Shown here: piece by piece, positions 45,003 through 53,761 of the stretch | How positions within the stretch are numbered: the stretch's first letter is position 1 | How the letters are laid out: each line of letters begins with the position of its first letter | NCBI GenBank assembly: GCA_964593355.1 | Contig: CAZQHM010000023.1 | Location: 83-64,082 of the forward strand | DNA length: 64,000 nucleotides | Direction: 5' to 3' | From: an uncultured Myxococcales bacterium | GTDB lineage: Bacteria > Myxococcota_A > UBA9042 > CAIXZC01 | The notes under the pieces: model-generated | Databases searched by the model: none | What the model was told of the DNA's origin: nothing | The model's input: the letters and a program-made list of their open reading frames with translations, nothing else | Position numbers and translations under genes: made by a program

Positions 45003-45937
45003 ATCGCCTCACCTCTCTGTGCTGCCCGAACAAATATCTCCTCCAGGGTCTCGCTGTGCGCCCCAACGGTTTCCAGGATGGCGCCGGCCGTGACCAGACC
45101 CCGGACAACATCGTTGCTTGAAGCCTCAGCACAATGAATACGGACCCGCTCCCCAATCTCCTCCACCTCAAGACCATCGGCACGAAGCCGAACCACAACC
45201 TCGGAGCTCACGCCCAAGGCCACTATCTCCACTATGCGCTTGCCCCGCTTCAACAACTCCTGAGTCTCCCCCTCGTAGAGCAGGCGACCCTTGTTAATCA
45301 TCGCTATCCTGTCGCACAAAAGCTCAACGTCTGAGAGAATGTGCGAAGAGAAGAAGAGGGTCTTCCCCTCTCGATTCAGCTTCTCGATGATATCCTTGAC
45401 CTCCTTGCGCCCGATAGGATCAAGGCCCGTCAACGGCTCATCCAGCACCACAAGCTCAGGGTCGCTTATCAATGCCTGAGCAATGCCGAAACGCTGAACC
45501 ATCCCCTTGGAATACTTCCGCAAAGTCCTGTCCCGAGCGTGACCAAGACCCACCATATTAATCAGGTCGTCAACACGTCGCCGCCGAACCGCCTTGGGCA
45601 CACCGTAGAGCTTTCCGAAGAAGTCCAGAAGCTCGTCGGGCCGAAGTGAATCGTAAAAGTAGGGATGCTCGGGAAGGTATCCGATCTTTCGCCGCGCATC
45701 CAGGTCATCCGGCGAGAGCCCAAACACCCTCACACGTCCCGAAGTAGGCCTGATAAGATCCATGCACATCTTGATGCTGGTCGTCTTGCCGGCCCCGTTT
45801 GGACCTAGAAAACCGAACACCTCACCACGCCTGACGGTGAACGAGAGCCCTCGAACCGCCTCCACCATCTTGCGCTGAAACCCGACCCTGAAGGTCTTCA
45901 CAAGCTGTTCAAGAGAGAGAACTACATCATCAGCCAT
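44999..45937 (-). CDS. ABC transporter ATP-binding protein
   Basis: Walker A GPNGAGKTT, ABC signature (YSKGMVQR), Walker B (LVVLDEP). Confidence 0.85.
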   Translation of the reverse strand: MADDVVLSLEQLVKTFRVGFQRKMVEAVRGLSFTVRRGEVFGFLGPNGAGKTTSIKMCMDLIRPTSGRVRVFGLSPDDLDARRKIGYLPEHPYFYDSLRPDELLDFFGKLYGVPKAVRRRRVDDLINMVGLGHARDRTLRKYSKGMVQRFGIAQALISDPELVVLDEPLTGLDPIGRKEVKDIIEKLNREGKTLFFSSHILSDVELLCDRIAMINKGRLLYEGETQELLKRGKRIVEIVALGVSSEVVVRLRADGLEVEEIGERVRIHCAEASSNDVVRGLVTAGAILETVGAHSETLEEIFVRAAQRGEAI

Positions 45938-45992
45938 ATACTCACCTCATAAGACCGAATTGGCAATCGGTCTAAGTGTGCCACCCATAAAA

Positions 45993-47084
45993 CTACAATA
46001 ATGGGGCTAAGGTGGCTACAACTTCGTCAACGTCCGTATCAGTCATACCGTCGTGTATGGGCAGCGCCAGACCGTCCAGGCCCAGCTGTCGGGAATGATC
46101 CACGCTCCCCAACACGGCCAGACCGCTGAAGGCAGGCTCCGACGGCAAGAAAAACCCGGCAACGGTGCTCTCGATCCCGGCAGCGGCAAACCCGGCAATG
46201 ACAAAAGGCCGCCGCCGCCAATCCTTGAGCCTCACGACCATGGACTGGAAATTGGCCCTGGTGGTTGAGTAACCCCCTGGTATCTCCACCCCTGGCAACG
46301 CCCCCAACAACTCCATGTACCGATGGCCCAGGCTCCGCCGCCGCTCCAGAATCTCGTCGAAGAGCGACAGCTGCCCCAGCCCCACTGCAGCATGAAGCTC
46401 ACTCATGCGGGCATTCACCCCGTGAGAGACAAATCTCCTCTCACCGGCCTCCACTTCCATCCCCAGGTTTCTTATCACCCGGAAATCTGCCGCATCACCC
46501 TCACTGCAGACCACTGCGCCACCCTCTCCCGTCGTGAGGACCTTGCGCGGGTGGAACGACAGAAATGCTAACCCGGAGCCCTCGCAACAGACAAGCTCAC
46601 CCTCGCCAGCACCAAGCCCACAAGCAGCATCCTCCAGCCAGTATCCTGCACCCGAGCGGTGCCAGGCTCCCCACTCGGCAAGCCACCCGGGGATACCGAA
46701 AGAATCAACCGTCATCACAACGGCACCCTCCCCCACGTCGGCTACGTGCGAGGGCCTGGGTGTAAGCCGCTCGGGCTCGATGTCCACCAAAGCCACCTCG
46801 AAACCGGCCAGGGTCGCTGCCGAAGCCACCGACGGGAACGAAAAGGCCGGAAGAATCGCCCGGCGGTATCCGCGTCGACGCAACATCAAGAACGCCAGGT
46901 AGGAGGCCTCGGTACCGCTGGAGACAGCAACAGCGCTCCGTCCCCCCACACGCTGCGACAAGCCCTCCTCAAACTCACGAACGCAGGCCCCGTTTACCAA
47001 CTGCCCGCTGGCCAACACTCCCTCTATCCTTAACAAAGTGGCCGGGGGAACTCTCGGCCTCGCCATACGTATCCTCGGCTCCAT
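45993..47084 (-). CDS. DegT/DnrJ/EryC1/StrS-family PLP-dependent sugar aminotransferase
   Basis: Family-typical N-terminus (LLRIEGVLASGQLVNGACVREFEEGLS) and central PLP-lysine region. ATG at 47084 with a GAGG RBS lying in the upstream gene's 3' end. Confidence 0.8.
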   Translation of the reverse strand: MEPRIRMARPRVPPATLLRIEGVLASGQLVNGACVREFEEGLSQRVGGRSAVAVSSGTEASYLAFLMLRRRGYRRAILPAFSFPSVASAATLAGFEVALVDIEPERLTPRPSHVADVGEGAVVMTVDSFGIPGWLAEWGAWHRSGAGYWLEDAACGLGAGEGELVCCEGSGLAFLSFHPRKVLTTGEGGAVVCSEGDAADFRVIRNLGMEVEAGERRFVSHGVNARMSELHAAVGLGQLSLFDEILERRRSLGHRYMELLGALPGVEIPGGYSTTRANFQSMVVRLKDWRRRPFVIAGFAAAGIESTVAGFFLPSEPAFSGLAVLGSVDHSRQLGLDGLALPIHDGMTDTDVDEVVATLAPLL

Positions 47085-47089
47085 GCGCC

Positions 47090-48046
47090 CTACCTCATGA
47101 GTCCCCGATACCACTCCACCGTCCGACGTAACCCCTCCTCCAGAGCAATCTTGGGCTCAAACCCCAACAACTCCCTGGCCTTGCCGATGTGCGGAATCCG
47201 AAGCTCCACGTCTGGGAAGTTCCACTCCACCTGCCTCAACACTGACTTGGAGCCAGCAATTCGAATAATCTGTTCGGCAAGATTATATATTGTTACTGTT
47301 GCCCGAGGATTGCCAATGTTAAAAGCATTACCAACGGCATTGTCGTTGTCCATAACAACCAGCACGCCATCAATAATATCGTCTATATAACACCAGCTAC
47401 GAATCTGGCTACCATCGTTATGAACAATCACATCTTCGTTTCGAATAGCGCGCACTATGAAGTGGTGAACGGCTCCCTCGCCCACCTGACGCGGCCCATA
47501 GATATTGAACGGCCTTATGGAGCAGGCCGGAACCTTCTTCTCCTTCCAGTAACTGAGCGCCAGGTGCTCCGTGGCCAGCTTGCTCACCGCATAGGTCCAA
47601 CGAGCCTCACCCACAACCCCCAACTGAGACACATCCCCCTCTGTCACCTTGTAGGCGTACCGACCAAAGACCTCGCTGGTGGAAAAATCGATGAACCGCT
47701 CCACACCATCCATCCTGCTCGCAACCTCTAGGGCATTCATGGTGCCCAGAAGACTGACCCTCATGGTCTTCACAGGATGGTTCATAACCGTGTCAACCCC
47801 CGCAATGGAGGCCATGTGCACTATCTGATGAGCCCCTCGACAGGCCTCCTCCAACGCCCCCACGTCAAGGACGTCTCCAACTACCACGGAGACGTTCTTG
47901 TGCCCCTCAAGGGCTGTGTCCTTCAAGGCGTTCCTGTGGAAGTTGTCGAAGAGCACAACCTCGTTATCCTCAACCAGCCGCTGCGCCAGCGATGTCCCAA
48001 TAAACCCGGCACCCCCAGTGATCACGATTCTCTTTCCAGAAATCAT
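47090..48046 (-). CDS. NAD-dependent nucleotide-sugar epimerase/dehydratase (UDP-glucuronate decarboxylase-like SDR)
   Basis: Rossmann motif VITGGAGFIGTSL and the YxxxK catalytic region. 318 aa. ATGA overlap with the upstream gene. Confidence 0.8.
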   Translation of the reverse strand: MISGKRIVITGGAGFIGTSLAQRLVEDNEVVLFDNFHRNALKDTALEGHKNVSVVVGDVLDVGALEEACRGAHQIVHMASIAGVDTVMNHPVKTMRVSLLGTMNALEVASRMDGVERFIDFSTSEVFGRYAYKVTEGDVSQLGVVGEARWTYAVSKLATEHLALSYWKEKKVPACSIRPFNIYGPRQVGEGAVHHFIVRAIRNEDVIVHNDGSQIRSWCYIDDIIDGVLVVMDNDNAVGNAFNIGNPRATVTIYNLAEQIIRIAGSKSVLRQVEWNFPDVELRIPHIGKARELLGFEPKIALEEGLRRTVEWYRGLMR

Positions 48047-48954
48047 CTGCTCTCCTCTTGTGATAGATTGAGCCGGGGCGCCCTTTTTATGCCAAGTACG
48101 TGGTAGAAACTCTGCGGAAGATAGGGTTTGTCTGCCAGCCAGACCTCGTCCTCATCCTCGTATCGCTGCGATAAATCGTCACGCTGTTGCCATCGAAGCT
48201 GAGCCCTCATCTGGAAGCGCTCCTCCTCACCGGAACTATAGTAGGACTTGTAAATTTGATTGACAGCGTCAGATTTCGACAGCCTTGCACCAGTGATATA
48301 AGATATAAACGAATGGCCAACACGGCTATTAGGCAGACTTGCGGCAGTAACAAAATATTTAACAGCATCAATTTTCCGCTGCGCTATCTCTTTATCATTA
48401 AGACCATCATGCTCAATATAGTAGTTGGCGCCAAGATCGTACCAGATCTCCCAGGAATCTGGACAGTAGTGAATGCCAACTTTCTCCATATACAACACTC
48501 GATCGATTATCGGCCGGTACGCACCCGCTGCAAACTTGATCGACTGACTGGCCCACAAGTAGAGCCTGGGGTTGAACGGAAACAGCCCGTCAACCCAATC
48601 CTCACACTCATCAGGAGTCAACAACAGCTGCTCCCCCTCGGGACCTCGGCAATAACCCACGATGGCAGCAAAATAGCGGTCAAGCCAGTCGTGCCTCTTG
48701 GCTCTGCCGAACCGCGATGTGAAGAAGTTGTTCGCCTGCATGAAGAGAAGATCGGAAACCATCGGCTCGAAACCCAGCGACATCGCCCGGATCACGTCGT
48801 TGCTGGGCAACGCCACCATCCCCGTGTCCTGAAAAGTCTCGTTCTCCGACTTCACCCGAAGCAGGTCAAGGTACTCGGTGCGAGAGCCAAGTACCGCAAG
48901 CAAAACCAGCGTTGACGCCACGAGCCAAGCAATTCTCCCTTTGGAACTGCCCAT
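48043..48954 (-). CDS. hypothetical membrane-anchored protein
   Basis: N-terminal TM IAWLVASTLVLLAVLG. First gene of a run of genes with overlapping or near-overlapping junctions. Confidence 0.5.
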   Translation of the reverse strand: MGSSKGRIAWLVASTLVLLAVLGSRTEYLDLLRVKSENETFQDTGMVALPSNDVIRAMSLGFEPMVSDLLFMQANNFFTSRFGRAKRHDWLDRYFAAIVGYCRGPEGEQLLLTPDECEDWVDGLFPFNPRLYLWASQSIKFAAGAYRPIIDRVLYMEKVGIHYCPDSWEIWYDLGANYYIEHDGLNDKEIAQRKIDAVKYFVTAASLPNSRVGHSFISYITGARLSKSDAVNQIYKSYYSSGEEERFQMRAQLRWQQRDDLSQRYEDEDEVWLADKPYLPQSFYHVLGIKRAPRLNLSQEESR

Positions 48955-49180
48955 GAATTACCTCCACCGCCCGCGGACTCTAGCACATGGAAATCCCTGG
49001 GAAAAGAGATTGGGCAGGGCTGAATGCGGTTCCAGCCACTCGAAGCAGTCCGCCGGGAACCCAATACGATGGGGACTTCACACCGCCGTCCATGCATCTC
49101 GCTACCACTGATCAATTTTTAAGATATGGTGTTGAGTATCTTCAAGATATGTTTACGGCCATAGAAAGATATCGTAATCA

Positions 49181-52100
49181 CTATAATGGAATGTTAAGCA
49201 GGTGGGTCTTCGTGCCGCTCTTGCCCTTGCTGCTACTGCCAATGGAGCCACCTACCTGCCCCAACGGCAGGTTGCCTGGGAGTGTTCCCGCTGCCCCGCC
49301 TTCGCCCCCCGGGCCCAGGTCGTACTCCAGATCCAAGATTGTCGGGCCGTACCCCTCGCTGTAAAGCACGGCAACAGAGAGTCCGCCCATGCCCCCTCCG
49401 CCAACGCCGCCTCGTCCGCCCCAACCGCCTGTTCCTCCTTTGCCGCCCTTTCCTGAGCCCTCCAGGCCGGGTCCTCCCTGACCACCACTCCCTCCAAGGC
49501 CGCCTGCGCCCGGACAACCGCCTTTTCCTCCTTTTCCGCCACCCAGGGTGACCACGCTGCAGCCCACCAGCTTGCTCGCGGATTTGTCCAGCACGAACCC
49601 GAAGGAGCCCCCTCCTGAGCCGCCACCAACGCCGCCGCCCCCTCCTGTTCCACCACCACCACCGCCACCACCGGCGCCGCCTTTGTAGTCGCAGAAGGTC
49701 CCTGAGTAGGTTGCACCTCTCCCGCCGCCGCCGCCGCCGCAGCCCGAACTGCCTGGTGCCCCGTCTGCCCCACGAGTGCCTCTCCAGCCAGTGCCAGTGA
49801 GGTACCCTTTGCCCTCACCGCCCTTCCCGTGGGAGCCGTTGGCGCCGTTGACCCCTGGCCCTCCGGCTTCTCCATTCCCGCCTTGTCCACTGCCCTGGTC
49901 TCCGCCGTAGCCCCCCTTGGCCGCCCCTGCCAACCGGTAGCAGCACGAGGGCTCTCCCTGGGCGGATGGATCCCACTGATTAAGGATAGTCGCGTTCCAC
50001 TCGCCCTGAACGCTCATCTTCGAGTTCCCTTGCCCGTACCCGCCACAAATTGTGGACATGGGGTTGCCGCCGAATGTGGCGGAGGGGCATGTGTTGTCGC
50101 TCCAGGGGTGGTAACAGACTCCCCACGTTCCGGTGACGCACCCGTTTCCGCCATTGGCGCCGGACTCACCGCTCACTCCGTCCAGGCCCGCCAGTCCGTT
50201 GTTTCCATCGGCGCCTTTCCTTGCTCTCACCGCGAGGCCATAAAACTCAGCCCCGGCTGAGGCAGAAACAAGGACCCCAATGCAGCTTCCGCCATTACTG
50301 TGGGGCAGCCCCGTCTCCAGATACAAGCGTCCTGCAACGGTCCTGGCCTGGGCAGCGACAACTGTCAGGGTAGTGCTGCCACCCGCAATGAGCGTCGAAC
50401 CAGAGGTAGCCGGTTGCCACCCCTTCTTGGCATCGTAGCCTCCCCACAGCTTCACCCCTTCGGGCAGTTCCAGCGGGCCGTCGTACCAGCCCGTGGTAAC
50501 CGCCACGACCCTCCTCTCCTCGTCGTACTTTGCGGCATTCAAGGCGGCAGCAATGGTCGCCATAGGCTGTGCAACGGTCCCTGGACCACCGTCCCAGCCC
50601 GTGGCAGCATCCACGAAATAGGTAGAGTTCCAGTCGCCGTCGAAGCCGTCGCAGTTGAGGTCGTCCCAATCCAGGTCGGGTTCGTCCACAACCATGGGAT
50701 GAACCTCGGAACGCAGGTCGTCGCAATCGGGCAACATTCCGTGGCACAGGGCGCAACCCTCTTCAACTACGGTGTCGGGCGAGCAGAAGCCGTCGCCGTC
50801 AATATCGATGGCCTCGTCCGCCACGCCGTCACAGTTGTCGTCAGCGCCGTTGCACCTCTCTTTGGCGCCAGGGAACCGGGTCTTGTCAAGGGGCGAGCAA
50901 TCACCGAATCCCAAGGGGCAGACCGCCATCATGCCAGCGCATTTCTCAGAAAGACTTCCCCGACTCAGCAGGCAGAGCAGGTAGTAGACCGGTGGGTCAC
51001 CCGCACAGTAACCGTCCTTGTCTTGATCACATGTCTCATCGGGAACCCCGTCACAGTTGTTGTCAAGGCCATCGCACACCTCTATTCGACCCGGGTTCAT
51101 GAAGGCGTCGGAGTCGTTGCAGTCGATTTGGGGGTAGTGGCATGCGTGGCCAGGTCCCCACACGACGATGTCTTTTGAGCAGTAGCCATCGCCATCCAGG
51201 TCGCACCCCTCATCGGTGCCGCCATCACAATTGTTGTCGATGCCATCACACCACTCATCGGCGAAGGGGTGAACCATTGGGTCGATATCCAGGCAGTCCA
51301 ACTCGGGAAACCTGCATACCAGATCGGGTCCGAAGGCAAGGGCCGGTTTTCCGCAATAGCCGTCTCCATCCAGGTCGCACTCCTCATCCACCTGGCCATC
51401 GCAGTCGTTGTCCTTGCCGTCGCAGGTTTCTATGGCATCAGGGTTTACCAGGACCGAGCTGTCGTCGCAGTCAGCGTTGTTGTCGACCACACCGGCCAAC
51501 GGGACGCACAAACAGATGGCCGTTCCAGCACCGTAGCCGTCGCCGTCCTTGTCGTAGTACCAGGTGGTGCATCCCAACGCCCCCTCCTCGTCGGTTTGCC
51601 CGTCGCAGTCGTCATCGTTGCCGTTGCAGCTCTCCTGCTGCGGCACAGGACCCAGGCACAGCACGCTGCCTGAATCGCACCTGGTAGTGCCGGTGCATGA
51701 GCCGAAGTCATTGCTGTTGGAGCAGGGCTCCTCGGGGACGTCGTCGTCAACGATTCCGTTGCAGTCGTTGTCGACGGCGTCGCAGCTCTCTTGTGCGGGA
51801 ACCGTGGCGTCACAGGCCGAGGCCCCATCTTCGAGGCAAGAGAATCGCCCGCTGCACTCTCCGAACCCATTTCCGACGACGCAGCGCCCATCGAGGCCGA
51901 TATTTGATTCCACGGCTTCACAAGCGCAGTTCTCCAACGAAACCGAACAGAGACCGCCCTGGCCGCATTCGCTACCGTCCTGGCAAGGCTTTTCGTGGGT
52001 ACAACGTGCAGTGCAGTAGAAGAGTCCGCTGCCTTCGTCCATGGAGCAAGCCGAAGCCGAGTCGCCAGTGAAGCGGCGGCACTCGTCGTCATGGCTGCAT

Positions 52101-52543
52101 GGGCGGCAGACGGGGAGATAGTCGCTGATGCAGTAGAGGTCGACCCTCTCCGGGACCGGCGAGCATGTGTATCCCGGCAGACATTCGTCGCTGCAGAGTG
52201 TGGCGCAGAATCGCCCCTCTGCCCCCTCTACACAGAGCCCGCTTCCACAGTCCTGGTCATGGAGGCATGATCCGTCGGGCAAGGGTTCTGCGTCGGATCC
52301 ATCCTGCTCCAAGAGATCGCCAGAGACCGTCTCCTCTGCCTCGAGATCTGGGCCCAGGTGGCCGAGATCGCCAAAGTAGAGGTCGAATTCGGGAGACGTT
52401 TCGGGCTCGGAGAGCAGGTCGTCGGAAGCATCAGAATCATCTTCAACCCAGTTGTCAGCAGCGGGTGTGGTCTGGGCCGGAGAACAGCCCGCTACGGCCA
52501 GGATTAGCGCACATAACCAACGGAAATAATTAGAATTTTTCAT
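49181..52543 (-). CDS. giant secreted lipoprotein with MopE-like CDGxDNDCDG metal-binding repeats and a C-terminal poly-glycine domain
   Basis: MKNSNYFRWLCALILAVAGC lipobox. At least four repeats of [CD]DG.D[ND][DN]CDG..DE.CD.D.DGYC (PF11617-like). Central Gly/Asn-rich beta-helix-like region. C-terminal ~350 aa are mostly G runs (GGAGGGGGGGGTGGGGGVGGGSGGGS...). Confidence 0.7.
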   Translation of the reverse strand: MKNSNYFRWLCALILAVAGCSPAQTTPAADNWVEDDSDASDDLLSEPETSPEFDLYFGDLGHLGPDLEAEETVSGDLLEQDGSDAEPLPDGSCLHDQDCGSGLCVEGAEGRFCATLCSDECLPGYTCSPVPERVDLYCISDYLPVCRPCSHDDECRRFTGDSASACSMDEGSGLFYCTARCTHEKPCQDGSECGQGGLCSVSLENCACEAVESNIGLDGRCVVGNGFGECSGRFSCLEDGASACDATVPAQESCDAVDNDCNGIVDDDVPEEPCSNSNDFGSCTGTTRCDSGSVLCLGPVPQQESCNGNDDDCDGQTDEEGALGCTTWYYDKDGDGYGAGTAICLCVPLAGVVDNNADCDDSSVLVNPDAIETCDGKDNDCDGQVDEECDLDGDGYCGKPALAFGPDLVCRFPELDCLDIDPMVHPFADEWCDGIDNNCDGGTDEGCDLDGDGYCSKDIVVWGPGHACHYPQIDCNDSDAFMNPGRIEVCDGLDNNCDGVPDETCDQDKDGYCAGDPPVYYLLCLLSRGSLSEKCAGMMAVCPLGFGDCSPLDKTRFPGAKERCNGADDNCDGVADEAIDIDGDGFCSPDTVVEEGCALCHGMLPDCDDLRSEVHPMVVDEPDLDWDDLNCDGFDGDWNSTYFVDAATGWDGGPGTVAQPMATIAAALNAAKYDEERRVVAVTTGWYDGPLELPEGVKLWGGYDAKKGWQPATSGSTLIAGGSTTLTVVAAQARTVAGRLYLETGLPHSNGGSCIGVLVSASAGAEFYGLAVRARKGADGNNGLAGLDGVSGESGANGGNGCVTGTWGVCYHPWSDNTCPSATFGGNPMSTICGGYGQGNSKMSVQGEWNATILNQWDPSAQGEPSCCYRLAGAAKGGYGGDQGSGQGGNGEAGGPGVNGANGSHGKGGEGKGYLTGTGWRGTRGADGAPGSSGCGGGGGGRGATYSGTFCDYKGGAGGGGGGGGTGGGGGVGGGSGGGSFGFVLDKSASKLVGCSVVTLGGGKGGKGGCPGAGGLGGSGGQGGPGLEGSGKGGKGGTGGWGGRGGVGGGGMGGLSVAVLYSEGYGPTILDLEYDLGPGGEGGAAGTLPGNLPLGQVGGSIGSSSKGKSGTKTHLLNIPL

Positions 52544-52785
52544 GTTGACGCTCCCCTTTGTGGAGTACCGAATCGGTTGTCATCATCGCCGGGTGAACAG
52601 GCCGCCAGAATAGGCGGCGGGTCATCTCGGGCTTCCCACTCCCTGTGTCGTTGCCCGGGCTGGGCAGAAAGAAAAAATCGACACGAAGGTCTGCACTTCC
52701 TGAATAGTCGAAGAAGTATGGGCGTCTCGTTGCCCCGCTTCCGACCCAGTGCATCCGGGTCAATCAGCTCAAAAAGGAGGCGGAA

Positions 52786-53640
52786 ATGAAAAAGCTAGCG
52801 TTGTTTGCTGCCCTGTTTTCCTTCGTGTTTTCAACCGAGGCGCTTGCTTCGGAAACCAGCGGGTCAGGGGAGTCATCGGTAGAGAGCCAGGGCGCCACAG
52901 AAGCGAGACCGCCTCACAAGAAGGTCAAGGTTCAGCGTCGCCGGGCAGCGGATTCTTATCGGCCGGTGAGACCAGCGCCCTATCGCAGCCGAGTCATCGT
53001 GCACAGGCCGGTGGTGGTTAGCGATCCGGTTGTCTACCATGCAACCCCGAGAAACAGAGTGACCAAGAAGCAGTCGTCGGACGAGGGCGGAATTGCCATC
53101 GGCTTCCGGGCCTCGGGCATAAGCACCGAAGGCAGCAAGCTCAACCTGGCCTCCAGCGAGAACTCAACGCTGGGCGGGGTTGGGTTCCACGTGCGAGGGG
53201 CCCTGGACAGGCACTGGGCCATGGAGGTAGCCATAGACTTCCTCTATTCGAGCACAACGCTGCTGGACCAGACCACGGTGCCCCTTATGATTTCGGGTAT
53301 CTACTCTTTCGTTCCCAAGGGGCCCGTTCGTCCCTACGGCCTGGTTGGGGCAGGCATCCACATGACGGCGCTGGAGTACTACAACGGCTTCCGGTACGAC
53401 ATGGTTGAGCTGGCGGCCCAAGCGGGTGTTGGAATCGACTTCAGGCTTTCAAGAGAGTTCGGCATTCAGTTGGATTTGAGGTTCCTCGGGGTCTACAAGA
53501 ATCTGGACGACGAGGGAGACATCTACGCCAACTGCCTGCTGGATCTGGGTGCCCAGAACCCCTTCTGCGCCAGCGTCTCCACGGAGGACAAGTTCAACGT
53601 GGGTACGCAGTTCATGGTCGGGGCGAACTGGTACTTCTAA
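52786..53640 (+). CDS. outer-membrane beta-barrel protein (OmpA/OmpW/Opa-like barrel)
   Basis: GGAGG RBS. Signal peptide MKKLALFAALFSFVFSTEALA. Amphipathic beta-strands. C-terminus ...GANWYF ends in Phe. Confidence 0.6.
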   Translation: MKKLALFAALFSFVFSTEALASETSGSGESSVESQGATEARPPHKKVKVQRRRAADSYRPVRPAPYRSRVIVHRPVVVSDPVVYHATPRNRVTKKQSSDEGGIAIGFRASGISTEGSKLNLASSENSTLGGVGFHVRGALDRHWAMEVAIDFLYSSTTLLDQTTVPLMISGIYSFVPKGPVRPYGLVGAGIHMTALEYYNGFRYDMVELAAQAGVGIDFRLSREFGIQLDLRFLGVYKNLDDEGDIYANCLLDLGAQNPFCASVSTEDKFNVGTQFMVGANWYF

Positions 53641-53761
53641 GACGCCTATCTTCTCCTTCATCTCATAGCTCCTCGGTTCAGAGGCGGTGCGAGGGCGACC
53701 TCGCACCGCTTCCTCTTTTAATCCACAGCGCTTATCATGGGGTTCCAAAGCGGAGGTACTC

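Noticed and set aside
49252-52092. Multiple 130-290-aa ORFs on both strands inside the giant lipoprotein gene (e.g. 49252..49890 minus, 50300..51178 plus, 51445..52092 minus)
   Set aside because: All are embedded in a continuous 1120-codon ORF with a signal peptide and repeated domain motifs. They are Arg/Ala/Pro-rich alternate-frame artefacts of GC-rich DNA.
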